Virus record (IMG/VR): IMGVR_UViG_3300020045_006039
Coordinates: 1-50,855 of that record
Direction: 5' to 3' (one strand)
Source of the DNA: a virus
Taxonomy: Duplodnaviria; Caudoviricetes
DNA length: 50,855 nucleotides
A program made the position numbers and the translations under genes. Positions 9,649 to 18,791 of the stretch are shown piece by piece. The first letter of the stretch is position 1. Every line of letters starts with the position of its first letter. The notes under the pieces are model-generated. The model saw only the letters and a program-made list of their open reading frames with translations. It did not search any database and had not been told where the DNA came from.

Positions 9649-10164
9649 CTATATCGGATCGGAATCATCAAATATGTTGTTAAAGTTCCCGCGCTGAAAG
9701 ATCGGCGAGACATCATTGCCGGCATTGTCCACATCGCGGTATGACATGCCCGACGTTGCGCTGTATGCGCGCGCCGCGCCTAGCCGCTCGAAGCCTGCGG
9801 CGTTGGCTGTGATGAAAGCCTTAATGTCATCGATCAACACCTTGAACCCGCCGCCGCGCCCGAACTCGTTTGGAATCAAGCGGCCTGAGCCGTTCGACGC
9901 ATCGCACAGCAAGCCCGCTTCCATGTTGACAAATAGATCAAGCACATTGCGGACATCGTTATCGGTAACGGGAATAGTCAAGCCCGCTTCGGCCAACATC
10001 GCATTGACCATGCCGCTAACCTGATCGATGAAGGCCTCAACCTGCAAAATGGTTGGCCGCGTGGTGGTAGTGAAGGCCAGCGTATCGCCGCTGCCGTCTG
10101 CGTAACGCGGGGCGATCGAGGCCACGCCTGCGGTCGAGCCGTAACTATTCGCGCCGATGCTCAT
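9649..10164 (-). CDS. Head-tail adaptor (Mu gp36/gp6-like)
   Basis: 'YGSTAGV...TRPTILQVEAFIDQVSGMVNAML...GLTIPV' and synteny. Confidence 0.65.
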   Translation of the reverse strand: MSIGANSYGSTAGVASIAPRYADGSGDTLAFTTTTRPTILQVEAFIDQVSGMVNAMLAEAGLTIPVTDNDVRNVLDLFVNMEAGLLCDASNGSGRLIPNEFGRGGGFKVLIDDIKAFITANAAGFERLGAARAYSATSGMSYRDVDNAGNDVSPIFQRGNFNNIFDDSDPI

Positions 10165-10556
10165 TAAATCTCCAAGACAAATGTCACGTCGATGCTATCG
10201 GCGTCGTTGGCCTGCTCGATTTTGACGTTGATCAAATCGCTAATCGCCAATTCGTGAACCATCGTGCGTGTACCATCCAGCGTGAGCAACGCGCCCGCGA
10301 CTGAATGAACTTGAACACGCGGATAGAACCAGCCGTCGGTTGCGGCATTGGCAAGCGTCAAGAATGTAACGGCGGGCATGTTCGTGCCGACAGTCGCCAG
10401 CGTTACGTCGGTCGTTCCGGCGGGCGGACTGTCGTTGTATTTCACATACACCGCCAGAATCTTGCCAGTCAAGCGCGGCGTATTGGCGTTGGCCGTAGAT
10501 ACACCCGCGCCGCCAGCGCACACGCCGCTGTTGTAGGGGCCTGCGATTGAGATCAT
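10164..10556 (-). CDS. Small virion structural protein (beta-sandwich)
   Basis: Clean ORF in the head-neck region. Confidence 0.5.
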   Translation of the reverse strand: MISIAGPYNSGVCAGGAGVSTANANTPRLTGKILAVYVKYNDSPPAGTTDVTLATVGTNMPAVTFLTLANAATDGWFYPRVQVHSVAGALLTLDGTRTMVHELAISDLINVKIEQANDADSIDVTFVLEI

Positions 10557-10560
10557 TGTT

Positions 10561-10857
10561 TTATCCTTTCGCCTTGCCGCGCTTTTTATTACTTAGTGGC
10601 GCGGCCTCTTCGGTTTCCAAATCGGCCTCAATTGCCTTAATCATCACGATCGGCTTAACCTCAACCGGCAACGCCGATGGAATATCAACCGCGGCGGGAT
10701 CGCCCGCGAATGGATCGCGGATGTCTAAAAACGGGTGACGCTTTGCCTCGGCTTCGTGGCCGATCGGCACTTCGCTGTAACTTTTCTTGGTGTAGACCTT
10801 GCCGCCAAATGCGACGATGGTTGATTGTGGGCTGTTCGTTTTAACGATGGCTTCCAT
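10561..10857 (-). CDS. Hypothetical protein with basic C-terminus (post-capsid small protein)
   Basis: SD AGGAG precedes ATG at 10857. Confidence 0.5.
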   Translation of the reverse strand: MEAIVKTNSPQSTIVAFGGKVYTKKSYSEVPIGHEAEAKRHPFLDIRDPFAGDPAAVDIPSALPVEVKPIVMIKAIEADLETEEAAPLSNKKRGKAKG

Positions 10858-10876
10858 ATTGCGCGCTCCTTGCATA

Positions 10877-10922
10877 AAATAAAACGGCGGCTCGAAGCGG
10901 CAATCCGCCCCGCGCCGCCGCG
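10877..10922 (-). terminator. Rho-independent terminator after the head-fibre gene
   Basis: Minus strand GCGGCGGC...GCCGCCGT stem followed by TTTATTTT. Confidence 0.7.
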
Positions 10923-10950
10923 TGTGTTAATCGTGTTGCTGATTACTTAT

Positions 10951-12129
10951 CTATTGCAAAACATACGACACCACAACATCAACGCCGGTACAGGTTGTCA
11001 CGTTGGATCCAATGCCCTTGACGCGAATGTCTACACCATCCGACTGGACAACGAACGAGGCGTTATCGGCCAAGACCGCAACACCAACCGCATTTATCAA
11101 TAACGGGGTGCTTTGGGTAAGATTAGCCGCAGTATATGAGGTTAGGGTAACGCCGGTAGTTGTTGCAAAATCAACCGTAGTTACACCGCCGCAGGTTCCG
11201 CCGCCGTAAGCCGTTGCAACGACATTGACCAACCGAAAGGCGTCCGTTGCCGGTACGGTAACAATTGTTTTACCCGCGTCAATCTCAGCCGCCGTTACGC
11301 GGTTATAGGTATTGATAACGACATTGCCCTCAGCGGGGCCCGATGCATTACCACCAAATGACAGAGTGCCAGCCGTCGCAACATTGCCGCTAGTGTCGGC
11401 AACGGTGAAAGCGGTAGAGTCTACCGTGATTCCAGCATTGGCCGCCAGCGCGCCGGTTGAAGTCGTTGCGCCGTCGAAGGTTGCCGCGCCATTGCATTGC
11501 AGGACGCCCGCCGCCGATAATGTACAGCCCGTAGCGCCATAACCGCCGCCAACTGTAACAGCCGCAATAGCATCGAGTTGACCCGTAATCGTAGCCGCGC
11601 CGCCAATGGTCGCAGCACCATTACATTCTAAAACGCCCGCTGCGCTAAAACTACAGCCGGTATCACCAAAGCCGCCGCCGATAGATAAGGTATTCGTCGC
11701 AACGATAGCCGCGCCGCGAACTGAGGTTGTACCAACCAGATCGGCAGAGGAATAGGTAGCGGGCGAAAACGTATCGGCGGCCAGCGTGCCAACTACCGTA
11801 ACGCCAGAGGCGCCAACATCTACGATCTTCGTGCCGCCCGCCGCAATACCGATGTTATTCGAGCCGATGCGATACAAGCCGTTGTCGGTGTCATCGGTAA
11901 ACGAAAAGCCGGGCGCTGAGGCAGAGCCGTCACTGACTTGCAAGGCGGAGAAGTTTGACGCGCGCCCGCTTAGGGCTTGCGAGCCTGCCGCCACGGGCGC
12001 ATTAGTAGCGGCGCCGCTCAGTGCCAGCGTACCGCTTATCAGCAGCGCCGCGCCCACGATCGATACGGCTAAGATCAAGGCCACAAAGTTACTGGCATTG
12101 CCTTTCAGAAAGTTCATAATGCTCTTCAT
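10951..12129 (-). CDS. Head fibre/decoration-like protein with N-terminal hydrophobic segment (392 aa)
   Basis: GGAG SD before ATG 12129; fibre motif 'DGSASAPGFSFTDDTDNGLYR'; two GGG(F/Y)GxTGC repeats. Confidence 0.6.
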   Translation of the reverse strand: MKSIMNFLKGNASNFVALILAVSIVGAALLISGTLALSGAATNAPVAAGSQALSGRASNFSALQVSDGSASAPGFSFTDDTDNGLYRIGSNNIGIAAGGTKIVDVGASGVTVVGTLAADTFSPATYSSADLVGTTSVRGAAIVATNTLSIGGGFGDTGCSFSAAGVLECNGAATIGGAATITGQLDAIAAVTVGGGYGATGCTLSAAGVLQCNGAATFDGATTSTGALAANAGITVDSTAFTVADTSGNVATAGTLSFGGNASGPAEGNVVINTYNRVTAAEIDAGKTIVTVPATDAFRLVNVVATAYGGGTCGGVTTVDFATTTGVTLTSYTAANLTQSTPLLINAVGVAVLADNASFVVQSDGVDIRVKGIGSNVTTCTGVDVVVSYVLQ

Positions 12130-12143
12130 GTTTTTCTCCATGA

Positions 12144-13121
12144 CTAGGTCTGTCCCTGGATCGCATTTCTCCAATTGCCATAAAACGGCTGGTAGCGCGC
12201 GTACCACTTGTAATACCGAATGCCGCCGCCGCTCTGAGACTCTTCGTCCCACGTGGATAAGCGGGGGGCCAGTCGCTCTTGCAGCATGATCGGCTTTTCG
12301 ACGTTCGCATCGACCAAGAACCACGCGGTCGAATCCAGCCAAGTGCCGGGGGCGATAAGCGGCTTGATCTTGCTGTTATAGGGGTTCTTTTCAGGATTGG
12401 CCGTGTCGTAGGCGTCACCGTTGCTGGTGATTTGATGAATGGTATATTCCAGGTCAATCGGCCCGATCAGCAAATTGTGATTGAAGGCCGATGAGGGCTG
12501 GCCGCGATCGTCCAAGAACTTTGAGGCCGCAACGCGCGCCGCCGTGAAGTTCACGAGGCTGAGCGAGGTAGCCAGTTTGTTGTCTTGCGCCGTGACGTAC
12601 TGCCCGTTCGGGTCGATGTGGCTGTCGTTGAAGAACGACAATCCGTCATAGCCAGCGCCGTAAGTGGTCACAGACTCACCCTGATTCAAGGCGTCGAAGG
12701 CGAGGAAATCTTTGTGTTGCTCGAAGCGCAGCGCGCCCGCTTTAGCCCACGCCTCCAATTCGCCTACGCGGTCATCGTCGATCGCGTCATGATAGATACC
12801 GATCGCAATTTCGAAGCCGCCGTTATAGACAACGATCGCACGTTCGCTGCCGCCCAAAACCTGGATCGGCCCGCCGTTGCCGAGGCCGTTGACTTTCGGC
12901 GCACCGGTACGAGCGTCTGTACCTTGTCCGCCAGTCGTCTGCCCGCCATTGCGGACAGGCCACGGCGTTGCGCCCATCGCGCCGTAAGTCTCAGACGCGC
13001 CGTCGCTTGGTGCAACTCCGCAAAAGGCGGAGCGCAGCGGGGTATAGGCTTTTTGCCCGGCCATAAATCCGGCTTTAATTCCGCGCTCTAAATGCGCTGC
13101 AATGTCGCTTCGTGAAATCAT
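12144..13121 (-). CDS. Major capsid protein, Mu gpT-like
   Basis: Motifs 'YDGLSFFNDSH', 'WLDSTAWFL', 'KPIMLQER' and 'YGNWRNA'. Confidence 0.9.
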   Translation of the reverse strand: MISRSDIAAHLERGIKAGFMAGQKAYTPLRSAFCGVAPSDGASETYGAMGATPWPVRNGGQTTGGQGTDARTGAPKVNGLGNGGPIQVLGGSERAIVVYNGGFEIAIGIYHDAIDDDRVGELEAWAKAGALRFEQHKDFLAFDALNQGESVTTYGAGYDGLSFFNDSHIDPNGQYVTAQDNKLATSLSLVNFTAARVAASKFLDDRGQPSSAFNHNLLIGPIDLEYTIHQITSNGDAYDTANPEKNPYNSKIKPLIAPGTWLDSTAWFLVDANVEKPIMLQERLAPRLSTWDEESQSGGGIRYYKWYARYQPFYGNWRNAIQGQT

Positions 13122-13143
13122 GTTAGTGTCATCCTTTCGATTT

Positions 13144-13167
13144 GCCCCGCCGTTTTACCGGCGGGGC
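13144..13167. promoter_or_regulatory. GC hairpin upstream of the capsid gene (mRNA stabiliser/processing site?)
   Basis: GCCCCGCCG-N6-CGGCGGGGC with no U-tail in the sense direction. Confidence 0.5.
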
Positions 13168-13203
13168 GTCTCGATCAAAGTTTAATCAGTGAGCCGATCG
13201 GGT

Positions 13204-13704
13204 TTAACCGAAGGTGCTCAGGTTGGGCTTGCCAGCGGCGCGGCTAATATCGATCCACGCATAGGTCGCATCGACTTCAGTCAGATCGCCAATCCATAAG
13301 GTATTGCTTGAGGACGAGCCAACTACTGCGCCGTCGTCTGTTGCATAAACGGGCGCGCCAACATCGGTTTGAGCCAGTGAGTTTTTAGGGAAGCCCCACA
13401 CACCGTCAACTGCAACGGAGACCAACACTGATCCATCCGCCGTGTTGTCCGATGTGACCGCTTGCTTTTCCAGTGCAACGCCGCCGAAAATATCGCCGGA
13501 CGCCCATGTGACGCCGCTATCACCGTCGCGGAAATAGCCGTCGGTGTCGCTTACATCGCAGGCCACTACTGCGCCTTTGAAAACGGTGAAGGCCGTTGAT
13601 CCGCCGCCGAAGTTGGTATAACCCGCCAGCGGCAAAAGACGAGTCGTTAAGCCGCCCGCCGGTAAGCGGACTGGCCGCTGTACGTTTGCAGTCATGTTAG
13701 CCAT
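13204..13704 (-). CDS. Capsid cement/decoration protein (DUF2190-like)
   Basis: Between protease and MCP; 'DVGAPVYATDD' motif. Confidence 0.7.
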   Translation of the reverse strand: MANMTANVQRPVRLPAGGLTTRLLPLAGYTNFGGGSTAFTVFKGAVVACDVSDTDGYFRDGDSGVTWASGDIFGGVALEKQAVTSDNTADGSVLVSVAVDGVWGFPKNSLAQTDVGAPVYATDDGAVVGSSSSNTLWIGDLTEVDATYAWIDISRAAGKPNLSTFG

Positions 13705-13706
13705 AG

Positions 13707-15080
13707 TTATTTGCTCTCCTTGCCAGCCCATCGGCTGAGGTCATATTGAGTCAGATCACCCAGGTCGCTAGCCGCGATCGGATTCGACCGATCGCTGATA
13801 GTCAACTCTTGGTTGTCCAGTTTCTTGGCGTATTCAGCGGGTAGTGCCAGCGTGCCACTCGCCTTGCGGTTGTGGCCCAACTCTTTGTAGTTGACGAAGC
13901 CATTAACCTGCAAATTGATCAGCAGGTCGCTGAAATACTTTTCGTCATCTGGGTCGAGTTTCGCCAGCCGCTTCGACAACTCCGCCGCATCCGTACCACG
14001 CAAGCCGCGCGGCGCATCGGGCGTACCGCCCACCAACTGAGCCGACAAATTGGCGATGTTGCTTTCGCGCTGCCGCTTGGCAAACACTTGGGCATACTGC
14101 AATTCAGTCGCCTGTTGCATCTGTGAGACTGCCGCCTCGATCGCTTGCATCTGCTTGGCTTTCGCCTCATCGCTCAAGCCTTCCAGATTGATCATCTGGG
14201 ACAGGTCAAGCAAAGTTGGCGAGGCCGCTGGACTAGCGATGGGCGCAGCGGGCTTTGAAAACTCCGCAATCTTTGCCATCAATGGCGCGATCATGGCTTC
14301 TACTTCTTCTTTGGTCATTTCGATAACTCCTTGTTGCTGTTTGTTGGCCGAAGCCTCAACATAGGTTTCAACTACTTCAACCCATTCCGCAAATGGCGCA
14401 AACGCAATCGCGCCGGATTCATCGGCGGAGTAGGCAACTTTGAATTTCTTGTCGCCGCTTTTGACAATGACATGATCGGCGAATACTTCGTCACAATACG
14501 GGCTGTCCATCGGCTGCATGAACGCAGCGCCAAACGCGCGCCGCACATTCATCGATTGATCGTCAAGGCTTTCGCCTTCCTGCAGCGCAATCAACGGACT
14601 GGAAAGTTCAATCGGGCGCAATAATATCTCGCCGTTCTTTTTGCGCGTGGCAGGCCAGTTAGTTAGCGAGCCGCCCAAGATCACCTTGTTGACAGTATCG
14701 ACCGTCGCGCTAAACCAGCGGCGAATCTTTTTGCCGATAACATCCCGTCCGATGTCGTTCCAGGATGGGGTCAGCTTGATCTTGTTACCGTCTGGCTGCG
14801 CATCGAGAATGTAGCCCGCGCCATCGCCCTTGTCGTGCCCCTTCGCATCAATCGGCAACCCGGCTAACTCGCCTGATTCGCCGCGTGTTGACTCGATCGC
14901 TTTTTGCGTATTGGCTAAATAGGTCGGCACATCTTCGGGCGCGATCGTGATCACGTGTCCGGCCATGTCAACGAAATCAACGCCGGGCGCAAAGCCGTCA
15001 AATGGCTTGTCGCTGGCGTCGCTTAGTTCGACGTATTGAAAGTGGCTCGGATTGAGGTTGATCGTTTTTGTCTTGGACAT
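13707..15080 (-). CDS. Mu gpI-like prohead protease with C-terminal scaffold (possible internal start at 14318)
   Basis: 'LPIDAKGH', 'RWFSATVD' and 'GGSLTNWPA' motifs; internal AAGGAG SD before MTKEEVEAM. Confidence 0.85.
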   Translation of the reverse strand: MSKTKTINLNPSHFQYVELSDASDKPFDGFAPGVDFVDMAGHVITIAPEDVPTYLANTQKAIESTRGESGELAGLPIDAKGHDKGDGAGYILDAQPDGNKIKLTPSWNDIGRDVIGKKIRRWFSATVDTVNKVILGGSLTNWPATRKKNGEILLRPIELSSPLIALQEGESLDDQSMNVRRAFGAAFMQPMDSPYCDEVFADHVIVKSGDKKFKVAYSADESGAIAFAPFAEWVEVVETYVEASANKQQQGVIEMTKEEVEAMIAPLMAKIAEFSKPAAPIASPAASPTLLDLSQMINLEGLSDEAKAKQMQAIEAAVSQMQQATELQYAQVFAKRQRESNIANLSAQLVGGTPDAPRGLRGTDAAELSKRLAKLDPDDEKYFSDLLINLQVNGFVNYKELGHNRKASGTLALPAEYAKKLDNQELTISDRSNPIAASDLGDLTQYDLSRWAGKESK

Positions 15081-15088
15081 TGGCAAAT

Positions 15089-15121
15089 AAAAAAGGGCAA
15101 AGTCTGGTTAGACTTTGCCCT
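15089..15121 (-). terminator. Terminator immediately before the protease start
   Basis: Perfect 12-bp stem AGGGCAAAGTCT/AGACTTTGCCCT followed by a T-run on the minus strand. Confidence 0.8.
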
Positions 15122-15171
15122 GATCGGAATTGCTCAGAACGTTGTTATTCGATTGTCTTGCTCTGACTAAA

Positions 15172-15199
15172 ATAATACCACTTTTCTTTTGCGTGTCAA
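15172..15199 (-). promoter_or_regulatory. Sigma70-type promoter for the head genes
   Basis: TTGACA-N16-TATTAT with extended -10 TGn. Confidence 0.7.
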
Positions 15200-15426
15200 G
15201 TGGCAGTTTTTGGAGCAGTATCAAACCTTACAATAGACACAATCTTTCCGCTCTGGGCCAGAATCATCATGTTGTCTGGAACGTATTTTCTTACAATAAA
15301 TTCAACGCCGAAATAAATAGAGGCGTCTTTTTCGACAGCAACTTGATCTTTTATTACATTCCAGTAATTATCGGAAATGGTTACTGAATCGAATTTAGGC
15401 AAATCAACTTGACCGAGCAGGTTCAT
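15196..15426 (-). CDS. Hypothetical protein
   Basis: ATGA-coupled start (MNLLGQVD...). Confidence 0.5.
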   Translation of the reverse strand: MNLLGQVDLPKFDSVTISDNYWNVIKDQVAVEKDASIYFGVEFIVRKYVPDNMMILAQSGKIVSIVRFDTAPKTAT

Positions 15427-16058
15427 CCGCGCACCGCCTTCAACGCCGCGCGGCAACGATCGGCGGGCGAGGCGGTAAACACACCGAACATTGTATACTT
15501 GCCATACTCCCACCACGGCCAATCAAGGGGGTTGCTTGGCGCGGGCTTGTTTTGTCTGCAAAGAATAGTTAAGTATTCGCCTTGCAATCCCCGCCGCTCG
15601 ATCTCCGCTTCGACCTCGCGCGCGGCGTTCGCGTTGACGTCCGGTAACCACTCGTAAAGCCATACCTCGCGGGTAGCGCCAACGTAGTAGCGCTTATTGA
15701 TGTTTGCATTGATGGCGAAGTGTTCACTTTCGTCAATAGACCAGCCCATCACCATGTCGGCAACAGCCACACGCAGCGCCTCGCCTTCCAGCGCGTCGAT
15801 TTCGGCATCGGTTAGTTTTAGTTGTGTGTCGCTCATGGCTTGTTTGTCCGTTTCAGGAATTGGGGGATCGACAAGAAAGAAAGGGACTGGTACAACAACA
15901 TTTCCGCTGCCATCATTTGCGCCGTACCCTATCAGAATCAAGTTACCATTTTTGCCTAATTCGTTTTCGTGGAATACTTCACCTGCGCTATCGGTATAAG
16001 CCGGTTCACCAATATCAAATTTATTTTCGCCAAAACCAACGATCGCGTATCCGCTCAT
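15423..16058 (-). CDS. Hypothetical protein with C-terminal phage ABA-sandwich-like domain
   Basis: 'IDALEGEALRVAVADMVMGW...NAAREV...ASPADRCRAALKA'. Confidence 0.55.
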   Translation of the reverse strand: MSGYAIVGFGENKFDIGEPAYTDSAGEVFHENELGKNGNLILIGYGANDGSGNVVVPVPFFLVDPPIPETDKQAMSDTQLKLTDAEIDALEGEALRVAVADMVMGWSIDESEHFAINANINKRYYVGATREVWLYEWLPDVNANAAREVEAEIERRGLQGEYLTILCRQNKPAPSNPLDWPWWEYGKYTMFGVFTASPADRCRAALKAVRG

Positions 16059-16387
16059 AACCCAAACGCCATCCCGCCGTTACCGAACAGCGCCCGATCG
16101 GTTTCGGCTATATTTAGCGCTCGCTCAGTCTCGCGGATCGCAAGTCTTTTGTTAAATAAACCGACATAGGTAATCCACTTCGCTCTAATTATTTCACCAT
16201 TGCGCCTGACCCAAATTTCGCAGCCGTAACCAAAATCCCTTTTTGATAATACAAAATGCCAGCCGCGCTTGTATTCTGTCTTTGATTCAATCCGCAGCCC
16301 GCGCGATATACCGGGCGCGTAAACGTAATCGCCGACGTTTGCCGCAGACGGATTATAAAGTGTGTTATACGCTTGCGGTAACATCAT
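16055..16387 (-). CDS. Hypothetical protein
   Basis: ATGA overlaps on both sides. Confidence 0.55.
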   Translation of the reverse strand: MMLPQAYNTLYNPSAANVGDYVYAPGISRGLRIESKTEYKRGWHFVLSKRDFGYGCEIWVRRNGEIIRAKWITYVGLFNKRLAIRETERALNIAETDRALFGNGGMAFGL

Positions 16388-16653
16388 CGCCGCTCCCCGT
16401 CCTTATCGATCTTCAGCGTCCGAACTCGATCGACGCGGCTGATCGTCACGTCCAGCGCGTCCTTTGCATACGCGGGCTTTTCCAGTTCGATCACATACGA
16501 GCCAGCCGCCGCGCACTGGTTCTGCATCACGCGCGCCAACTTGAGAAACGCGGGCGATAGTTCGCTCGTCTCGATCGCTACCGGGATCGCGTGCGAGGTG
16601 CTGAGGTTGTAGACGGGGTGGGGTTCGGTTATTTTGTTAGTGTTAGTATCCAT
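16384..16653 (-). CDS. Hypothetical protein
   Basis: ORF in the operon direction, coupled to the next gene. Confidence 0.5.
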   Translation of the reverse strand: MDTNTNKITEPHPVYNLSTSHAIPVAIETSELSPAFLKLARVMQNQCAAAGSYVIELEKPAYAKDALDVTISRVDRVRTLKIDKDGERR

Positions 16654-16768
16654 ATTATCGCAGTAAGAATCGCTGGAAGAATTGCAAGCATATCAAAAAG
16701 ATCATCGAGGCTCGATGAGCCTGTGTATCGATAGTCGATTAGGCCTGGATCGGGCGGCGGGAGTTCGG

Positions 16769-17044
16769 TCATAAGACTCCTGCCATATACTGAGTTCTAG
16801 CCATCATTCTTTGGTAGCGGTTCAAGTGCCGCGCCTTTACCTTGCGCGACTTGTGCGCGGCGTTATAGCGGTCGGCGTAGGCGCGGTAAATGTAATGTGG
16901 AGCAATTTGATCCCTGTAGTTTTTCATGGATTCGGTAGCCGCGCTGAGCGTTGAGGATAATTCATCGAACGCATACGCCAAGTGCCTTGCCGCCATTGCT
17001 AATGATGAATCTATAAATAGCCCGTCGGTTTTTGATTCGCTCAT
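16769..17044 (-). CDS. Hypothetical protein
   Basis: GGAG SD and ATGA overlap (MSESKTDG...). Confidence 0.5.
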   Translation of the reverse strand: MSESKTDGLFIDSSLAMAARHLAYAFDELSSTLSAATESMKNYRDQIAPHYIYRAYADRYNAAHKSRKVKARHLNRYQRMMARTQYMAGVL

Positions 17045-17355
17045 CTGTATTCTCCGCCGCAGCCCGCGCACACGGCGCGGCTACGATCGCGCTCGCGTCC
17101 GCAGTAGTGGCAATGCTCCGGCGGGGTTGACCATTGTACCGAATCATTCCATGAAGCGCCGAGGGCATTCCATTGTGCGATGCCATTGCATACCCGACCG
17201 CTGGCGAGCGATCCGCTGTTCCAGACATCATTGTCGGGTTTCCACTCATTGCCGCGATGAAGGTCATTGGCCGCTTCTATAAATTGATCAAGCGCGATCG
17301 CTCCGTCATTGTGTGCTTTGTTTAATGCGCTAAAGGCTTGATATGCTGCGCTCAT
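17041..17355 (-). CDS. Hypothetical protein with C-terminal CxxC-CxxC zinc ribbon
   Basis: CHYC...CAGCGG. Confidence 0.55.
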   Translation of the reverse strand: MSAAYQAFSALNKAHNDGAIALDQFIEAANDLHRGNEWKPDNDVWNSGSLASGRVCNGIAQWNALGASWNDSVQWSTPPEHCHYCGRERDRSRAVCAGCGGEYR

Positions 17356-18047
17356 TCGATCGCCAACTCTCCGCTATCGTAGTAATACGAATGCGCGCAC
17401 CCGCCATCCCACCGCCCGCACTCGAAATTCTCGTTGCCGTTTCGGTCCAACAACCCGCGCTTAGCCCACCATGATCGGCGGTGACGCTTGCCCTTATAGC
17501 GCGCGCAGGTTGCACAATTTTCAAGCCCGTCATCTCCCAACAGCGTAAGCACCGGATCGCCCTTCGCTATCACCGCCGCCTGCTCCGCAATGCCGCGCAT
17601 TGCCTCGACCCATAGATCGATCCGCTTTAGAATCGAGGCTCGCTCAAATGCCGCCGCCCGCTTATCCTTTTCATCCCGTACATCCGCAACCGCCGCCGCG
17701 AAGCCGTCAACGTGCGACGTTTGGCCGGTGATGAAGGTAGCCAGCATGTCGCGGTTATCCTCAACGAATGACGGCGCGTCTTCGTCGGTTGCGCCGCCGT
17801 CGCGTAAGCCCGCCATGAACGCATCGGGCGCGATCGAGCGGATCAGCGCCTTGTGCGCGCGTCGAAAGTCTACTTCGCTCATGCGGCCATTCAGTGCGTC
17901 ATATACGAAATTCGATAGCGTGTCGCGGTACACTGTGATTACACTGCCAACGATCGAGAGGTTGACGAGGCCGCGCCACGTCCGCAGCGTGTGGCGCGTG
18001 ACAGCAAGCGTGATGGCGTAGTCGGCTAGTAGGCGGGATGGGTTCAT
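17352..18047 (-). CDS. Head morphogenesis/minor capsid protein (Mu gpF/SPP1 gp7-like)
   Basis: C-terminal 'ENCATC...FECG...CAH' and position after the portal. Confidence 0.7.
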   Translation of the reverse strand: MNPSRLLADYAITLAVTRHTLRTWRGLVNLSIVGSVITVYRDTLSNFVYDALNGRMSEVDFRRAHKALIRSIAPDAFMAGLRDGGATDEDAPSFVEDNRDMLATFITGQTSHVDGFAAAVADVRDEKDKRAAAFERASILKRIDLWVEAMRGIAEQAAVIAKGDPVLTLLGDDGLENCATCARYKGKRHRRSWWAKRGLLDRNGNENFECGRWDGGCAHSYYYDSGELAIE

Positions 18048-18268
18048 TGCTCGCTGCTCATTTTTACATCAATGCCGCCAGTCGGTAGTGTAATTTCAAG
18101 CATACGGCTATCGCCCATCATTTCAACATAGACTAAAACAGGTTTTTTCATATCCACATCTATAACAATTCTGCGGACGCGATCGGGGCGCAATCCCAAC
18201 TGAGCGCAAAGCCTAATCGAGTAATCTCTGGCCAGGATAACCTTGTCGAGTTTCGCTTGTTCGTTCAT
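18044..18268 (-). CDS. Hypothetical protein
   Basis: ATGA-coupled ORF. Confidence 0.55.
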   Translation of the reverse strand: MNEQAKLDKVILARDYSIRLCAQLGLRPDRVRRIVIDVDMKKPVLVYVEMMGDSRMLEITLPTGGIDVKMSSEQ

Positions 18269-18501
18269 GGCAATGGAGTCCAGGTAATCTTAGTAGTCAC
18301 CGCCTCACTTTGAGGCAAGCCCTTGATCTCTAGCCAAACAGTATCGGCGTCCATGTGCGCTGATACGATGCGCGCTTGCTCGCCGTTTACCGTAGCCGGA
18401 TCGCCCGCCTGTATACCGGCGGGAATGGTAAGCGTGGCTGTACTCGCTTTGTTGTAAACTATCTTTCCGCTAAATGTATTGGCGGGCTTGCTATTGCTCA
18501 C
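18265..18501 (-). CDS. Hypothetical protein
   Basis: ATGA-coupled ORF. Confidence 0.55.
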   Translation of the reverse strand: MSNSKPANTFSGKIVYNKASTATLTIPAGIQAGDPATVNGEQARIVSAHMDADTVWLEIKGLPQSEAVTTKITWTPLP

Positions 18502-18791
18502 TGCTCATCGCTCCACACGATCTTGCCGTCGCGCTCGATCGATTGCGTCCTGCCTGTAATATAGTGAGTGCGGATGATGTCTCCTTTCTGCAACTCGATC
18601 GACTCAGGGATAACAACTTCACCGCCCCCGCTGCCGCTTGTGCGTATGATTTCGTCTATCTGATTTGTGTCTAGACTGGCAATTCTTAAAATATCTTTAC
18701 TCATTCTGCTATACCTTTCGTTAAACGTCAGTGTTGATTTCGCCGCACCTGCTACACCACGAATCACCGCCTTCATCACCGATCCAATCAT
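18498..18791 (-). CDS. Hypothetical protein
   Basis: ORF in the operon direction; start uncertain. Confidence 0.45.
   Translation of the reverse strand: MIGSVMKAVIRGVAGAAKSTLTFNERYSRMSKDILRIASLDTNQIDEIIRTSGSGGGEVVIPESIELQKGDIIRTHYITGRTQSIERDGKIVWSDEQ

Noticed and set aside
12130-12342. MCP-fibre fusion by -1 frameshift (fibre frame is open across the MCP 3' end)
   Set aside because: No canonical slippery heptamer near the MCP end, and the fibre gene has its own GGAG SD and ATG at 12129. Not fully excluded.
16630-16772. Possible small membrane-peptide remnant (IDYRYTGSSSLDDLFDMLAILPAILTAIIWILTLTK)
   Set aside because: Preceded by an in-frame stop and lacks a clear SD; too weak to call.
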